A DNA stretch of 64,000 nucleotides from assembly GCA_017625935.1 (NCBI GenBank), contig JAGALA010000029.1, forward strand, positions 1,277 through 65,276, in the 5' to 3' direction. The notes beneath the pieces are model-generated. The model did not search any database and had not been told where the DNA came from. It saw only the letters and a program-made list of their open reading frames with translations. How positions within the stretch are numbered: position 1 is the stretch's first letter; the number at the start of each line of letters is the position of its first letter. Positions 45,936-57,304 of this stretch are shown piece after piece. The position numbers were made by a program, and so were the translations under genes. Origin of the DNA: Clostridia bacterium (lineage in GTDB: Bacteria > Bacillota > Clostridia > Oscillospirales > CAG-272).

Positions 45936-47726
45936 CTACGCTTCTATTTTTTCAAAATCGGCATACCCATGCTTGCAAAGCGGACAGATGAAGCTCTCGT
46001 CAATTTCGCCCTCGTGAACGTAGCCGCAGATTTTGCACACGTAGCCAACCTTGCCCTCGGTTTCGGGCTTTGGCTTTACGTTTTCAAAATAGTAGGTATA
46101 GGTCATTGTTTCCTTATCGGAAATCACACGCGCCTCGGTTACTGTGCAGATGAACAAGCCGTGTGTGTCGCAGTCGATATAGCTTTCAACCTGCAAGGAC
46201 ATAAATGAATTTATATATCTTGGCAGGAAAACAAGTCCGTTATCGGAACGAAGCGGCTCACAGCCCTCAAACTTATTTACGTTTCTGCCGCTTCTGAAGC
46301 CAAAGGACTCAAACACCGCAAACGGCGCGTCGGTTGTCAGGCAGTTGACGTTCATTTTTCCTGTTTGCTTTATAACGTGGTGGGAATAGTTTTCCTTGTT
46401 TATTGCTACTGCCACTCTGTTTGGCGAGTTTGTAATTTGCGTAACGGTGTTTACAATCAAGCCGTTGTCCTTTTTGCCGTCATTTGAGGTAACAACGTAA
46501 AGACCGTAGCCGATATTAAAGAGCGCGGAAAGGTCGTTTTTGTTTGCAAGCTCATCGTTTTGCGCAAGGTACTCGCGGCAAAGCTCTGCGGCAAGCGCGT
46601 CAAGCTGAGATAAGCTTTCCTCGTTAAGCGCGGACATAATTTTAACCGTTGTTTCGGTAAAGGTGATATTCTTGCTCTTTTCAAAAAGCTCTCTCATTAC
46701 CTTAGCGGCAAGCGGCGCCCAGCTTCCGTTTTCGATAAGAGCAACGGTTCTCTGCTGATAGTTTCTTTCGGTCAAGTGGTTGATAAAATGGCGCATAAAC
46801 GGGAAAATTTCCGCATTATAGGTTGTGGTTGCCAAAACGAGCTTGTTGTATCTGAACGCGTCCTCAACCGCCTCGGCAATATCAGTTCTTGCAAGGTCGT
46901 GCAAAACAACCTTCGGGCAGCCCGCCGCGCGGAGCTTTTCTGCAAGGATGAGTACCGCCTTTTTGGTGTTGCCGTAAACGGAGGTATATGCAATCACAAC
47001 ACCCTCGCTCTCGGGCTGATAGCTTGACCAGGTGTTATATAAATCAAGATAATAGCCAAGGTTTTCAGTTAACACAGGGCCGTGAAGCGGACAAATTTTT
47101 TCAATTTCCAATCCGCTTGCCTTCTTAAGAAGCGCCTGCACCTGCGCGCCGTATTTTCCGACGATGCCGAAGTAGTATCTGCGTGCCTCGCAAGCCCAAT
47201 CCTCATTTGCATCAAGCGCGCCGAACTTGCCGAAGCCGTCTGCCGAAAAAAGCACCTTATCGTAGGAATCGTACGTTACGATAACCTCGGGCCAATGCAC
47301 CATAGGAGCGGTAACAAATGTGAGCGTATGCTTGCCGAGCAAAAGCGCCCCGCCCTCGGAAACAACGATTTGCTTGTCTGCAAAATCAATGCCGAAGAAC
47401 TGCTTCATCATATTAAAAGCCTTTTGCGAGGAAACGATTTTGGCATTTGGATACGTCTTTACAAAATTTGCAATGTTTGCGGAGTGGTCGGGCTCCATAT
47501 GCTGAACAATAAGGTAGTCGGGTGAGCGACCCTCAAGCGCAGACTCCAAATTGTCAAGCCACTCGTGCGTGAAGGCGGCGTCAACCGTGTCCATAACGGC
47601 GATTTTTTCATCAACGATAAGATAGGAGTTGTATGCCATACCGTTCGGCACAACGTACTGCCCCTCAAATAAATCTATTCTGTGGTCGTTTACTCCAACG
47701 TATTTAATATCCTTTGTAACGTTCAT
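45936..47726 (-). CDS. Four-domain flavodiiron protein: metallo-beta-lactamase-like diiron, flavodoxin, flavin-reductase-like, rubredoxin
   Basis: HMEPDHS diiron ligands; VIAYTSVYGNTKK flavodoxin; LYVVTSNDGKKDNGLIVNTVTQ flavin-reductase-like. C-terminal CKICGYVHEG...CPLCKHG is the rubredoxin. ATG at 47726. Confidence 0.9.
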   Translation of the reverse strand: MNVTKDIKYVGVNDHRIDLFEGQYVVPNGMAYNSYLIVDEKIAVMDTVDAAFTHEWLDNLESALEGRSPDYLIVQHMEPDHSANIANFVKTYPNAKIVSSQKAFNMMKQFFGIDFADKQIVVSEGGALLLGKHTLTFVTAPMVHWPEVIVTYDSYDKVLFSADGFGKFGALDANEDWACEARRYYFGIVGKYGAQVQALLKKASGLEIEKICPLHGPVLTENLGYYLDLYNTWSSYQPESEGVVIAYTSVYGNTKKAVLILAEKLRAAGCPKVVLHDLARTDIAEAVEDAFRYNKLVLATTTYNAEIFPFMRHFINHLTERNYQQRTVALIENGSWAPLAAKVMRELFEKSKNITFTETTVKIMSALNEESLSQLDALAAELCREYLAQNDELANKNDLSALFNIGYGLYVVTSNDGKKDNGLIVNTVTQITNSPNRVAVAINKENYSHHVIKQTGKMNVNCLTTDAPFAVFESFGFRSGRNVNKFEGCEPLRSDNGLVFLPRYINSFMSLQVESYIDCDTHGLFICTVTEARVISDKETMTYTYYFENVKPKPETEGKVGYVCKICGYVHEGEIDESFICPLCKHGYADFEKIEA

Positions 47727-47917
47727 AATATACCTCATAAAAATAATATTTGCATTTTTCAAAGCTTTATGCGTTTCGTTATATTTTAACATATCGCGAA
47801 GAAAAAATCAACTGTTTTGCTTTCGAGAATTAACAAAAGCAATACTTGTCAAAAAAGAGACAAAGAGCTTAATGCACTCTCCGTCCCTTTTTGTCGGTAG
47901 GTATGGTAGTTTCTTGT

Positions 47918-48994
47918 TTAATTATTTGTATAATTTATATACCCATTTTTGAAAAACAGCTTAACAATCCATTTTTTGAACCTATGCGGATTTCTGCCTA
48001 CAATTATTGTTCCCAAAACCCAAAAAAGGTAAAAAGCTCCCATAATAATCGGTAAAATAATCAGATTGCCATATTCCAAGCGGTGTGCTTCGTTACTTTC
48101 GTCGAAGCTGAAAATTTCCGTGATGCCCGCGCTCATTGATTTTATACAATAAAAATCATCTCCACCCCTCGGTGTTGCCTTGACGGAATATACAGTCGCC
48201 TTCTCGCCCGAGCTTACAAGCTCGGCTATTTTTTCTTCATATATATCGGGGTCAATAAATCTGATTTTATAAAGCTCTTTATCGGTTGAGTGCATAATGA
48301 TTTCGCTCTTGCCAACCTCGTATGACGAAAATTGCACCTCGCTTGCTTCCGTGTTTTTCTCGCCATACGGGTTAAGATATGCATAATACAGTATGAAGCC
48401 GAAAAATGCAATCAAAGCTATGCCAAGAATAATGAACACTATTAAGAAGCTCGTCGGCTCCTTTACGTTTCCCTTGAAAATATCAAGCTTGCTTTTCTTA
48501 ATTTCGGGAATCGGTGCACCGCCGTGACACTTTGAATATTCCTTTTTAACGCGCTTCAAAAAATCACCGCTTTGCAAGGAAATTTTGTCAACCATTACGC
48601 GCTTTTTGCCCACGTAGATAAAGTATTCACCCATATTTTCCTTGTATGCGCTAACCTCGCCGTAGGAAAAGTGTCTTTTTACACCAAAAAAGCTTTTAGC
48701 GCAAAATCCGCTCTCGTCATATGTTATTCGAGAGTTTATATAAGCAACAATCAGTACAACGCCGAGAAGTGAAATTAAAAGAAAAAGTGTTGGAAGAAGC
48801 ACGGGCTGGTCGGTGTATGCACAAATAAATGTCGGAACAAGGAAAAATGTGCACTCGATAGCACCTAAAAGCGCCATAAACCGCGGTAAGCAAACCACGT
48901 TCTTGTCCTTTTTTGGCTTTATAAAAAACATAATTATTCCTAAAATCACAACAGGAACAAGCAAAAAGCCAAATGCTTTGACAGCGTATACCAT
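47918..48994 (-). CDS. Membrane protein of unknown function
   Basis: ATG at 48994 after AGAGGGTGG. TM segments lie at the N-terminus, the middle and the C-terminus. Same strand as the ECF module. Confidence 0.55.
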   Translation of the reverse strand: MVYAVKAFGFLLVPVVILGIIMFFIKPKKDKNVVCLPRFMALLGAIECTFFLVPTFICAYTDQPVLLPTLFLLISLLGVVLIVAYINSRITYDESGFCAKSFFGVKRHFSYGEVSAYKENMGEYFIYVGKKRVMVDKISLQSGDFLKRVKKEYSKCHGGAPIPEIKKSKLDIFKGNVKEPTSFLIVFIILGIALIAFFGFILYYAYLNPYGEKNTEASEVQFSSYEVGKSEIIMHSTDKELYKIRFIDPDIYEEKIAELVSSGEKATVYSVKATPRGGDDFYCIKSMSAGITEIFSFDESNEAHRLEYGNLIILPIIMGAFYLFWVLGTIIVGRNPHRFKKWIVKLFFKNGYINYTNN

Positions 48995-49051
48995 ACAACC
49001 ACCCTCTTTCTCATTAAATTTTATCATAATCAAAAATCAAAATCAATATAA

Positions 49052-50503
49052 TTACCGCCAAAACGATGTTATTTCGTCTGTTTTTTGCTGGCTTTTTAGT
49101 GCGCCCTCGGTATCAAACGTATATCTGAACACGTAGCACGTTCCCGCGACGGTATATGCGTTGGTGTACGGTGAAAAGAAGGATGAGGTTATGCTCTCTA
49201 CGTCCCAAACAAGCTCGCCTGCTTCGCTCACGTCAAGCTCACCACCCAAGGAGCCGCTAACGGAATAAAACTCCTTTGGTGTTCCTGTCGTTGAGTCACA
49301 CACCAGCAAAAGCGCGGTATAATTTTTGCGAAGCAATGGGGTGAGCTTCTCACTTGATATGCCAATTATGTTATTTTCAAAGATATGTTCAAGCACAGGT
49401 CCAATTTCGTTTTTTGATTCGTGCTTTGGCACGGCATATGTGGAAAGATAGATTTTTCCGTCATACTCAACCATATCGGTAATATAATAATCAACGTTTT
49501 CTTCTCCGTAAACAAACGCTTCCTTAACGTTTCCGTCCTCATCAAGCTTCAAAATTTTCGCATGCTCGCTTGTCATATGGCTGCCAAGCTGAACTATATA
49601 GCCGCTTGTCGAGCGCACCACACTGAAAATCCCGTAATTGCCTATTTTTGTTTTGTTAAAGCTCTCTCTTTTTCCACTTGCTGTAAATTTGCTCAAGCAA
49701 ATGTACTCGTAGTCACCTCGGCTGATTACCGAATACCCACCCGTTTCGGTTTCGATAATTGCGGAAACCAATTCGTCCTCAAAGCCGCTATTTAAGGCTT
49801 GCTTCCACACAACATTTCCGTTTGTATCGACCTTCATAAGCCACGCGTAGCTCGGCTGATCGGTTGACCATCTGTATGTGTTTCCGTAAGCAATAACGCC
49901 GTCCGAAACCGCTTCATAGCCGTATATTGCAAACTCGGATATCTCTGTGCGCCACACAAGCTCCTCTCCGTCATATTTTTCCAAATAGCTTTTGTCGTGG
50001 ACGTCAAAGCCGAGAGAGTCATCTCTTTTATACTCCGAGTAATAGCTGTAGCTGACGCCCTTTTTGGCGGACGTGTCGGCGCCGCTGTAATTTTTGTAAT
50101 TCCAAAGGTTTTCTATATATTCCGAGGTTATATTTTCTTGAAGTATCTCATATCCCGAGAGCTGCTCCGATGACATACTGTTTATTATCACCTCTGAGGT
50201 TTTGGAATAAGAAAATGATTTTGTAATTATATCGCGGTAAACCCTTTTAATTTCCGCGCGAGAAAGCCCGTCGGTCTTTAAGTCATAATCATCGAAAAAC
50301 GCTACCGCATCGTTGTATCTTTTTGTTTCCTTGGCAAAGGCATACGCGCCGAGCGTTGCTGAAATAAGCAAGACAAGGCACGCAGAGATTGCCACCCACG
50401 CCTTTAGCGTGTTGAATCTCTTTTTCCTCGGAGCAACGGACGCCGCCTCTATATAAGCGGAGTCGATAAGCTCCATTTTTTCTAAAAGCTCTTTTCCATT
50501 CAT
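49052..50503 (-). CDS. Sigma-associated single-pass membrane protein (putative anti-sigma) with a large beta-rich ectodomain
   Basis: Its start overlaps the sigma stop (ATGA). A short cytoplasmic N-terminus (ELLEKMELIDSAYIEAA) precedes the TM WVAISACLVLLISATLGAYAF. The ectodomain of about 400 aa has repeated W/Y-rich strands. Confidence 0.55.
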   Translation of the reverse strand: MNGKELLEKMELIDSAYIEAASVAPRKKRFNTLKAWVAISACLVLLISATLGAYAFAKETKRYNDAVAFFDDYDLKTDGLSRAEIKRVYRDIITKSFSYSKTSEVIINSMSSEQLSGYEILQENITSEYIENLWNYKNYSGADTSAKKGVSYSYYSEYKRDDSLGFDVHDKSYLEKYDGEELVWRTEISEFAIYGYEAVSDGVIAYGNTYRWSTDQPSYAWLMKVDTNGNVVWKQALNSGFEDELVSAIIETETGGYSVISRGDYEYICLSKFTASGKRESFNKTKIGNYGIFSVVRSTSGYIVQLGSHMTSEHAKILKLDEDGNVKEAFVYGEENVDYYITDMVEYDGKIYLSTYAVPKHESKNEIGPVLEHIFENNIIGISSEKLTPLLRKNYTALLLVCDSTTGTPKEFYSVSGSLGGELDVSEAGELVWDVESITSSFFSPYTNAYTVAGTCYVFRYTFDTEGALKSQQKTDEITSFWR

Positions 50504-51060
50504 ATAATGTAGCCCTCCTTTTCAAGATGCTTTTTTAGCTTAATGCGAGAGCGAAAAAGCACCGCCTTCACCTTGCTCTCGGATATGCCAAAGCGCTTGG
50601 AAATATCGTCTATGGAGTCAAAAAACCAATAGCGCCGAATGAAAATGCTGCGCTTTTCCTCGTCCAGCTTGCCCAAAAAGCCGTTTAGTGCTTCGCCAAG
50701 CAAAAAATCGTCAATAAAGCCATCTCCGCTGCTTGAAGCGGGAATACACTCCTCCATCTCGGAGCTTAGCTCGCATATTAGTGCGCTGCGCTTCAAGCGC
50801 GCTCTGTCTCGACAGCAGTTGAGCGAAATATGACGGGTAATTCGGGCAAGAAATGCGTATAAATAATCTCTTGGCTCGTTGGGCGGAATGGATTTCCACG
50901 CTTCCAAATATGTATCGTTTTCACATTCCTCGGCTGTTTGCATATCACCTACAATTCCGTAAGACAAAAGACGCAAGCGGTGTCCGTATTTTTCCGCAGC
51001 CATTTTGATTGACGCCTCGTCCCGCGCCAAAAACAGCTCGACAATTTTTATGTCATCCAT
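50500..51060 (-). CDS. ECF-type sigma-70 family sigma factor
   Basis: A region 2-like stretch (DTYLEAWKSIP) and a region 4 HTH (IDDISKRFGISESKVKAVLFRSRIKL), 186 aa. Confidence 0.85.
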   Translation of the reverse strand: MDDIKIVELFLARDEASIKMAAEKYGHRLRLLSYGIVGDMQTAEECENDTYLEAWKSIPPNEPRDYLYAFLARITRHISLNCCRDRARLKRSALICELSSEMEECIPASSSGDGFIDDFLLGEALNGFLGKLDEEKRSIFIRRYWFFDSIDDISKRFGISESKVKAVLFRSRIKLKKHLEKEGYII

Positions 51061-51231
51061 AGAATTTTCTCCTTTCCTTAGATTAACGCCCTCACTTAAA
51101 TAAGCACCGTTTGAGGCGAAAGGGTTACACTTTTATTTCATTATATCATAAAATTGCACGTTTTTTATTTTGTAAATGAAAACTTGTTATAATATTGTGG
51201 GCTTGGAACCCGCCTCCGCACCAACTCAACG

Positions 51232-51260
51232 AAAAAAGGACACCAAATGGTGTCCTTTGT
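51232..51260. terminator. Bidirectional terminator at the boundary of the AT-rich islet
   Basis: AGGACACC-AAAT-GGTGTCCT flanked by AAAAAA and TTGTT. Confidence 0.55.
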
Positions 51261-51305
51261 TGTGGGATGTGGTGGGGGAGTCGAATCTTTATATCAGCAT
51301 AATTT

Positions 51306-51746
51306 CTATGATATAATATTATTATAAATTTTCTTTAATATTAAGTTTGCATTTTGCTTGTATTCAAATATATCTATAATACCAACTATTTTTTTCTCAG
51401 CATATTTAATAAGTATTTTCGGATTGGTGTTCTTTATTTTCTTCTCCGTCAAGCAATCTTTTTTGCCATTTATAGTAAATTCTTTTAAATCATTTATATT
51501 TATTTCAACGATTGTTTTTTCGTCAATTCCGTTGTATTTGAAAAAATTTTTTACTTTAAAAATAAAAAGTTTTTCTTGATAAATTGACAAATAATATCTA
51601 CTACTTGCTTCTACAATGCTAGATCCTAAACTACCTAAAAAACCACTCCAAGTTGAATTTTTCACAAATGAAACAACTAAATTAACATCTTCTGCCATTT
51701 TGTTTTCTACTAACTCGTTTCTTAATTTTTCATCAATTATATCCAT
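51306..51746 (-). CDS. Hypothetical protein (146 aa) in the AT-rich islet
   Basis: Uninterrupted ORF in very AT-rich DNA with a weak RBS. No motif recognised. Confidence 0.45.
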   Translation of the reverse strand: MDIIDEKLRNELVENKMAEDVNLVVSFVKNSTWSGFLGSLGSSIVEASSRYYLSIYQEKLFIFKVKNFFKYNGIDEKTIVEININDLKEFTINGKKDCLTEKKIKNTNPKILIKYAEKKIVGIIDIFEYKQNANLILKKIYNNIIS

Positions 51747-51982
51747 TTAATATTTGCCTAATCCTTTCTATAGATGATTTGATTATTATTTTTTGTAGTG
51801 AAATTAGAATTATCTATACTAATTATATCATTTTATTATGAAAAATTCAATAATAAAAGTGAAATTGTAAATCTAAACTGCAAATATTAAAACAATGCAC
51901 TAAAAAGAAGTTGTATTATAAAGCATTGACAATAATAAAAAATAAATATATAATGTAATCAATAACTAGAAGGAAATTAAGT

Positions 51983-52531
51983 ATGAATGAAAAAGTAGTT
52001 TTATCTGATTCTGTTGGAGAAGGATATTATTTTGAAAATTTTACGGAATTTGCTTTGTATGTTAAAGTAAACAAACCCAAGACAGAAGTTGTTTATTTAT
52101 CTGGTAATAATTATAAAGATATGTTTATGTCAGGAATTGAACTTTTCGAGCAAAAAAAATTTGAAAAGGCAATTGAAACTTTAAATGAATGTTTAAAGTT
52201 GAATCCTGTAGGAATAAGTGCTCGCTTTGAATTGGTTGAGTGTTATATTTGTACTAAACAATTTGAATTAGCCAAAAAAACACTATTGGATATGAAAGAA
52301 TATTTAGAATCCCATACTAATAAAGCAAGATTCTATCGCAGACTAGGATTCATCTCAATTGAAGAAAAGGACTATAAAACAGCGTACTGTTGTTATAAAT
52401 ATAGTTTAAATTATGAAAATCATTATACAGTGCCTCAAGAGTTAAAGTACATAAAATCAAGCAGTAATTCAAGCTTTTTATTTGTATCCATAAAAAACAC
52501 TTTAAAGAATAAATCTATACCTTTATTGTGA
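51983..52531 (+). CDS. TPR-like repeat protein (182 aa) in the AT-rich islet
   Basis: RBS GAAGGAAA. Helical-repeat signatures: FEKAIETLNECLKLNP, ELAKKTLLDMKEYL, DYKTAYCCYKYSLNYEN. Confidence 0.5.
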   Translation: MNEKVVLSDSVGEGYYFENFTEFALYVKVNKPKTEVVYLSGNNYKDMFMSGIELFEQKKFEKAIETLNECLKLNPVGISARFELVECYICTKQFELAKKTLLDMKEYLESHTNKARFYRRLGFISIEEKDYKTAYCCYKYSLNYENHYTVPQELKYIKSSSNSSFLFVSIKNTLKNKSIPLL

Positions 52532-52694
52532 AAATTGGAGGTGAGATTTTTCGTTGCCCTTCCTAAAATATGGTCGTCCTGTGTCGCAATTACAAATTGC
52601 TTCGGGGACTTCCTATTTTAGTTACACGCTTCTAAAAACGATACTCAATCGTTTTTAGTGCGCTCACCCCCGACCTCCTCCGTCGGTCGCGCGT

Positions 52695-52739
52695 ACAAAT
52701 TCCGAGCACCCATACTCGAAATAAAAGAAGAAACGCACC
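52695..52739. repeat. Direct repeat copy A (CAAATTCCGAGCACCCATACTCGAAATAAAAGAAGAAACGCACC), running into an intact terminator
   Basis: 28 nt (52702-52729) are identical to 55159-55186, and the flanks are similar. Confidence 0.7.
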
Positions 52740-52765
52740 TCCAATGGGTGCGTTTCTTTTATTTG
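52731..52765. terminator. Terminator downstream of the rhamnosidase pseudogene
   Basis: AAACGCACC-TCCAATG-GGTGCGTTT followed by CTTTTATTT. The opposite reading is also T-rich. Confidence 0.65.
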
Positions 52766-52805
52766 TGTTGTGCTTCCTTAATAGATGCCATTGTTGTTTT
52801 CGGTG

Positions 52806-55064
52806 TCACCGCATTTGAACAATTTTGTAGACTCCGGTCACAACAGATTTTGAGCGTTCTCCGTTTTCAAAGCAGAAATGAGATTCCATTTCTGCCGTTG
52901 CAGTGATACCATGCGGAATTTCTAAATCGAGAATAATACACTCGTTTTCCCGTCTCCACGACACTGATATTTTGCCACGCGGTGTGATATGATAAGCCGA
53001 CGCGTGATCAAGGGCGGTCACAAAGGACGGGGCAATCATGATTTCGTTTGCGTCGTTTTTGTTGGGATTGAGCTGAATACCTGTGATACACTTGATAAAC
53101 CAAGCGCTGATATCTCCCCAGAAATGATGATTCATGGAATCAACACTGTCAGGAATAAAGTTCTCCCAAAGTGTAGTTGCACCACGTTTAAGCCATTCGC
53201 CGTAAGACGGAAAATCCTCACGTGTGATCATTTTATATGCAAGATCGCTATATCCAAATTGCGTGAGTACATGGAAAATAACTCTTCCGCCCAACACACC
53301 AACGTCCATATGATCATCACAATCGTGGATCATCTTTAAGAGATTTTCAAATGCGCCGTTTTTCTCGGCTTCATCAAAAACACCGTAATTAAGAGCCATT
53401 GCTTGACTGCTTTGGCAGTCGCCCCTAACAAGCATCGTTGTGAAATCGACAAGCTCTTTGCGGATAGCCTCTCGGTATTTTTGCGCCTCGCCCCGGGCAT
53501 AGTCCGCTTCATTTGGCATATGTATTGCATCAAGCATAATTGCAATTTTTGATGCGATATCCATTGACATTATCGTATCAGTAACCGTTAAGGGTGCCTT
53601 AGGAGGATTGACCCCTCCAACATGACACCAGTCGCCAAGCCCGATGCTCAACAAACCGTTTTCGTCGCAACGAGTCCTCAAATACCGCAGATAAGCCAGA
53701 AAGGACGGCGCGGACTCGGTAATCATATCCGTCTCACCGCGATAGAGATAGGTGTAGTACGGAAGATATGCCAGAACACAGTCCCATGCAGGACCGTTGC
53801 CCCAATGGAAGCCCCAACCTCCCGTGGGAACGATACCCGGAAGTGCGCCGTCTTCTCGTTGTGCCTTACAGATATTCCGCATCCATTCGCGATAGTTCCT
53901 TTCGGGATCGAAATTCAACAGCACTGCTTCGCAGGAAAGCGCTGCATCTGCCGTCCAACCGTTTTTCTCGCGTTGCGGACAATCGGTTGGAAAATGGTGG
54001 AAATTTGATACGATACTGCGTCTTGTTATTTCCTGAAGAGTAGTTGCTACAGGATCGGAGCAGTTAAAATCTCCCCGTGTATGCAACTCGGTATGATAAA
54101 CAAGATACGTAAGAAGCTCTTTTGTAGCCTGCTCCTCCGTAATTCCGCTCACCTTTACATAACGGAAGCCGTGATAGGTGAACGTGGGCTGATATATCTC
54201 CGTACCAATCCCTTTGCAAATATAAGTGTCTTTGTGCACAATGTTTTTATCACGTTCCCACATATCGCGAACGAACCAGACCTGCGCAAGATTGAGCTCT
54301 CCGTCCTTCAAGGAATCGGCGTATCTTAATTCAATTTTTTGCCCCTGAGCTCCGTTAATGCTCAAACGGCATATACCGGCATGAGATATGCCAAAATCGT
54401 AAATATAACCGTCCTCGCACTTGATAATTTGGACAGGCTCGATCTCACGCTCTTTCGTGATGGGAGCGATATCCGCCAAACGCAGCTCACCCTTTGGCGC
54501 TGCTGCGGGCATAGCGTTTTTCCAATCGGAATCGTCAAATCCTACTCTATTCCAACCCTCAATCTCAAAATTAGCGTCATAAAACTCTCCGAAACGGTAA
54601 TCATCACTCAGGATCGGCGACGGAGCGATTTTAAAGGATTCGTCACTGTGGAGCAAAACCTGTTGTCCCTGCGTTACAGTCATAGCAAACATGGGAGCGC
54701 TTCTGAAATCTGCCTTGTCGAAATCCCAGATATATCCGCCGGGATTGTTCTGAAAACCGTTACCAAGCAGAACACCAAACACATTTTCGCCTGCATTGAG
54801 CACTACGTCATATTCATCCTAATATATATAGTCGTTTGTGTTGCTGATATATGGAGACAAAAAACCTCTTGTAATATGCTTCCCATTAAAATAAAACTCA
54901 TAAAATCCACATGCTGCCACGGTGATCTTGGCTTTGACAGAATGATCTGAATGAAACGCCCGTCTGAAATAGTAAGCCGGCACGCTCTTTTCAAATGTAT
55001 TATATTCCTCGGTTGCTTTTATGAAGTCTTTTTGTGAAATCATTTTTTCTTCCTTATTTTTCAT
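52806..55064 (-). pseudogene. GH78 alpha-L-rhamnosidase interrupted by one in-frame TAG
   Basis: ORFs 54819-55064 and 52806-54803 are in the same frame, separated only by TAG at 54819-54821 (...NDYIY*DEYDVVLNAGEN...). The N-terminal rhamnosidase-like FYEFYFNGKHI and central (alpha/alpha)6-like regions are present. Confidence 0.75.
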
Positions 55065-55152
55065 TAAAAATCAAGCGTCTGAATTATACCATAGAATTCC
55101 TGACAAATCAATAACATACACAAAAATCTGCTCAAAAGTCGATCCGTTAAGT

Positions 55153-55195
55153 TCAAATCCCGAGCACCCATACTCGAAATAAAAGAAACGCACCC
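55153..55195. repeat. Direct repeat copy B, truncated inside the terminator stem
   Basis: TCAAATCCCGAGCACCCATACTCGAAATAAAAGAAACGCACCC, then unrelated sequence from about 55196. Confidence 0.7.
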
Positions 55196-55293
55196 ATTAC
55201 GCAGTTTCTCATAAGGATATTAACTGCGTATAGGCGGTACTCGGTATGTAGGACGGACAGTTTCGGCTGTCCGTCCTATTCCGTTTTGTGTGT

Positions 55294-56985
<1,692 letters not shown>

Positions 56986-57034
56986 CTACAACATATCATC
57001 AATCGGTTTCAAAGTCCAGCGTTTTTCTGTAAGT

Positions 57035-57304
57035 TCAAGAATTGTTTTCAATCTCTTGTTGCATCAAACGCTTTAGTCCTTCGTTTGCCGAGGGACACCT
57101 TGACGGGCAGAAGAAAGAATTTACAAGATAGGTCATACCGCCTATGCTGTAATTTCTTCTCGTAAGCACAACGCCGTCACGAGAAAAATACTTCGTTCTC
57201 CGTGCGATTGCGATGTGGTCATCTCTTGAATACTCATTGCCGTTAGGTGTGTTGATTGCTTTTTCAATCATGAATTCGTTTTCTTTCATTTCTGAATCCT
57301 CCAT
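57035..57304 (-). CDS. Hypothetical 89-aa protein upstream of the recombinase gene
   Basis: ORF on the same strand as the recombinase. No motif recognised. Confidence 0.4.
   Translation of the reverse strand: MEDSEMKENEFMIEKAINTPNGNEYSRDDHIAIARRTKYFSRDGVVLTRRNYSIGGMTYLVNSFFCPSRCPSANEGLKRLMQQEIENNS

Noticed and set aside
51196-51224. Plus-strand GTGGGCTTGGAACCCGCCTCCGCACCA, resembling a tRNA/tmRNA 3' end with an encoded CCA.
   Set aside because: The would-be T-loop (CTTGGAA) lacks the invariant TTC, the acceptor would be one base short, and no 5' half is present. It may still be a degraded att-type fragment, but I cannot support an RNA gene.
54819-54821. In-frame TAG in the rhamnosidase as a pyrrolysine or programmed read-through codon.
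   Set aside because: No pyl genes or PYLIS-like context are visible in the window. The position aligns with an aromatic-rich stretch where Tyr (TAY) is expected. A point mutation or base-call error is far more likely.
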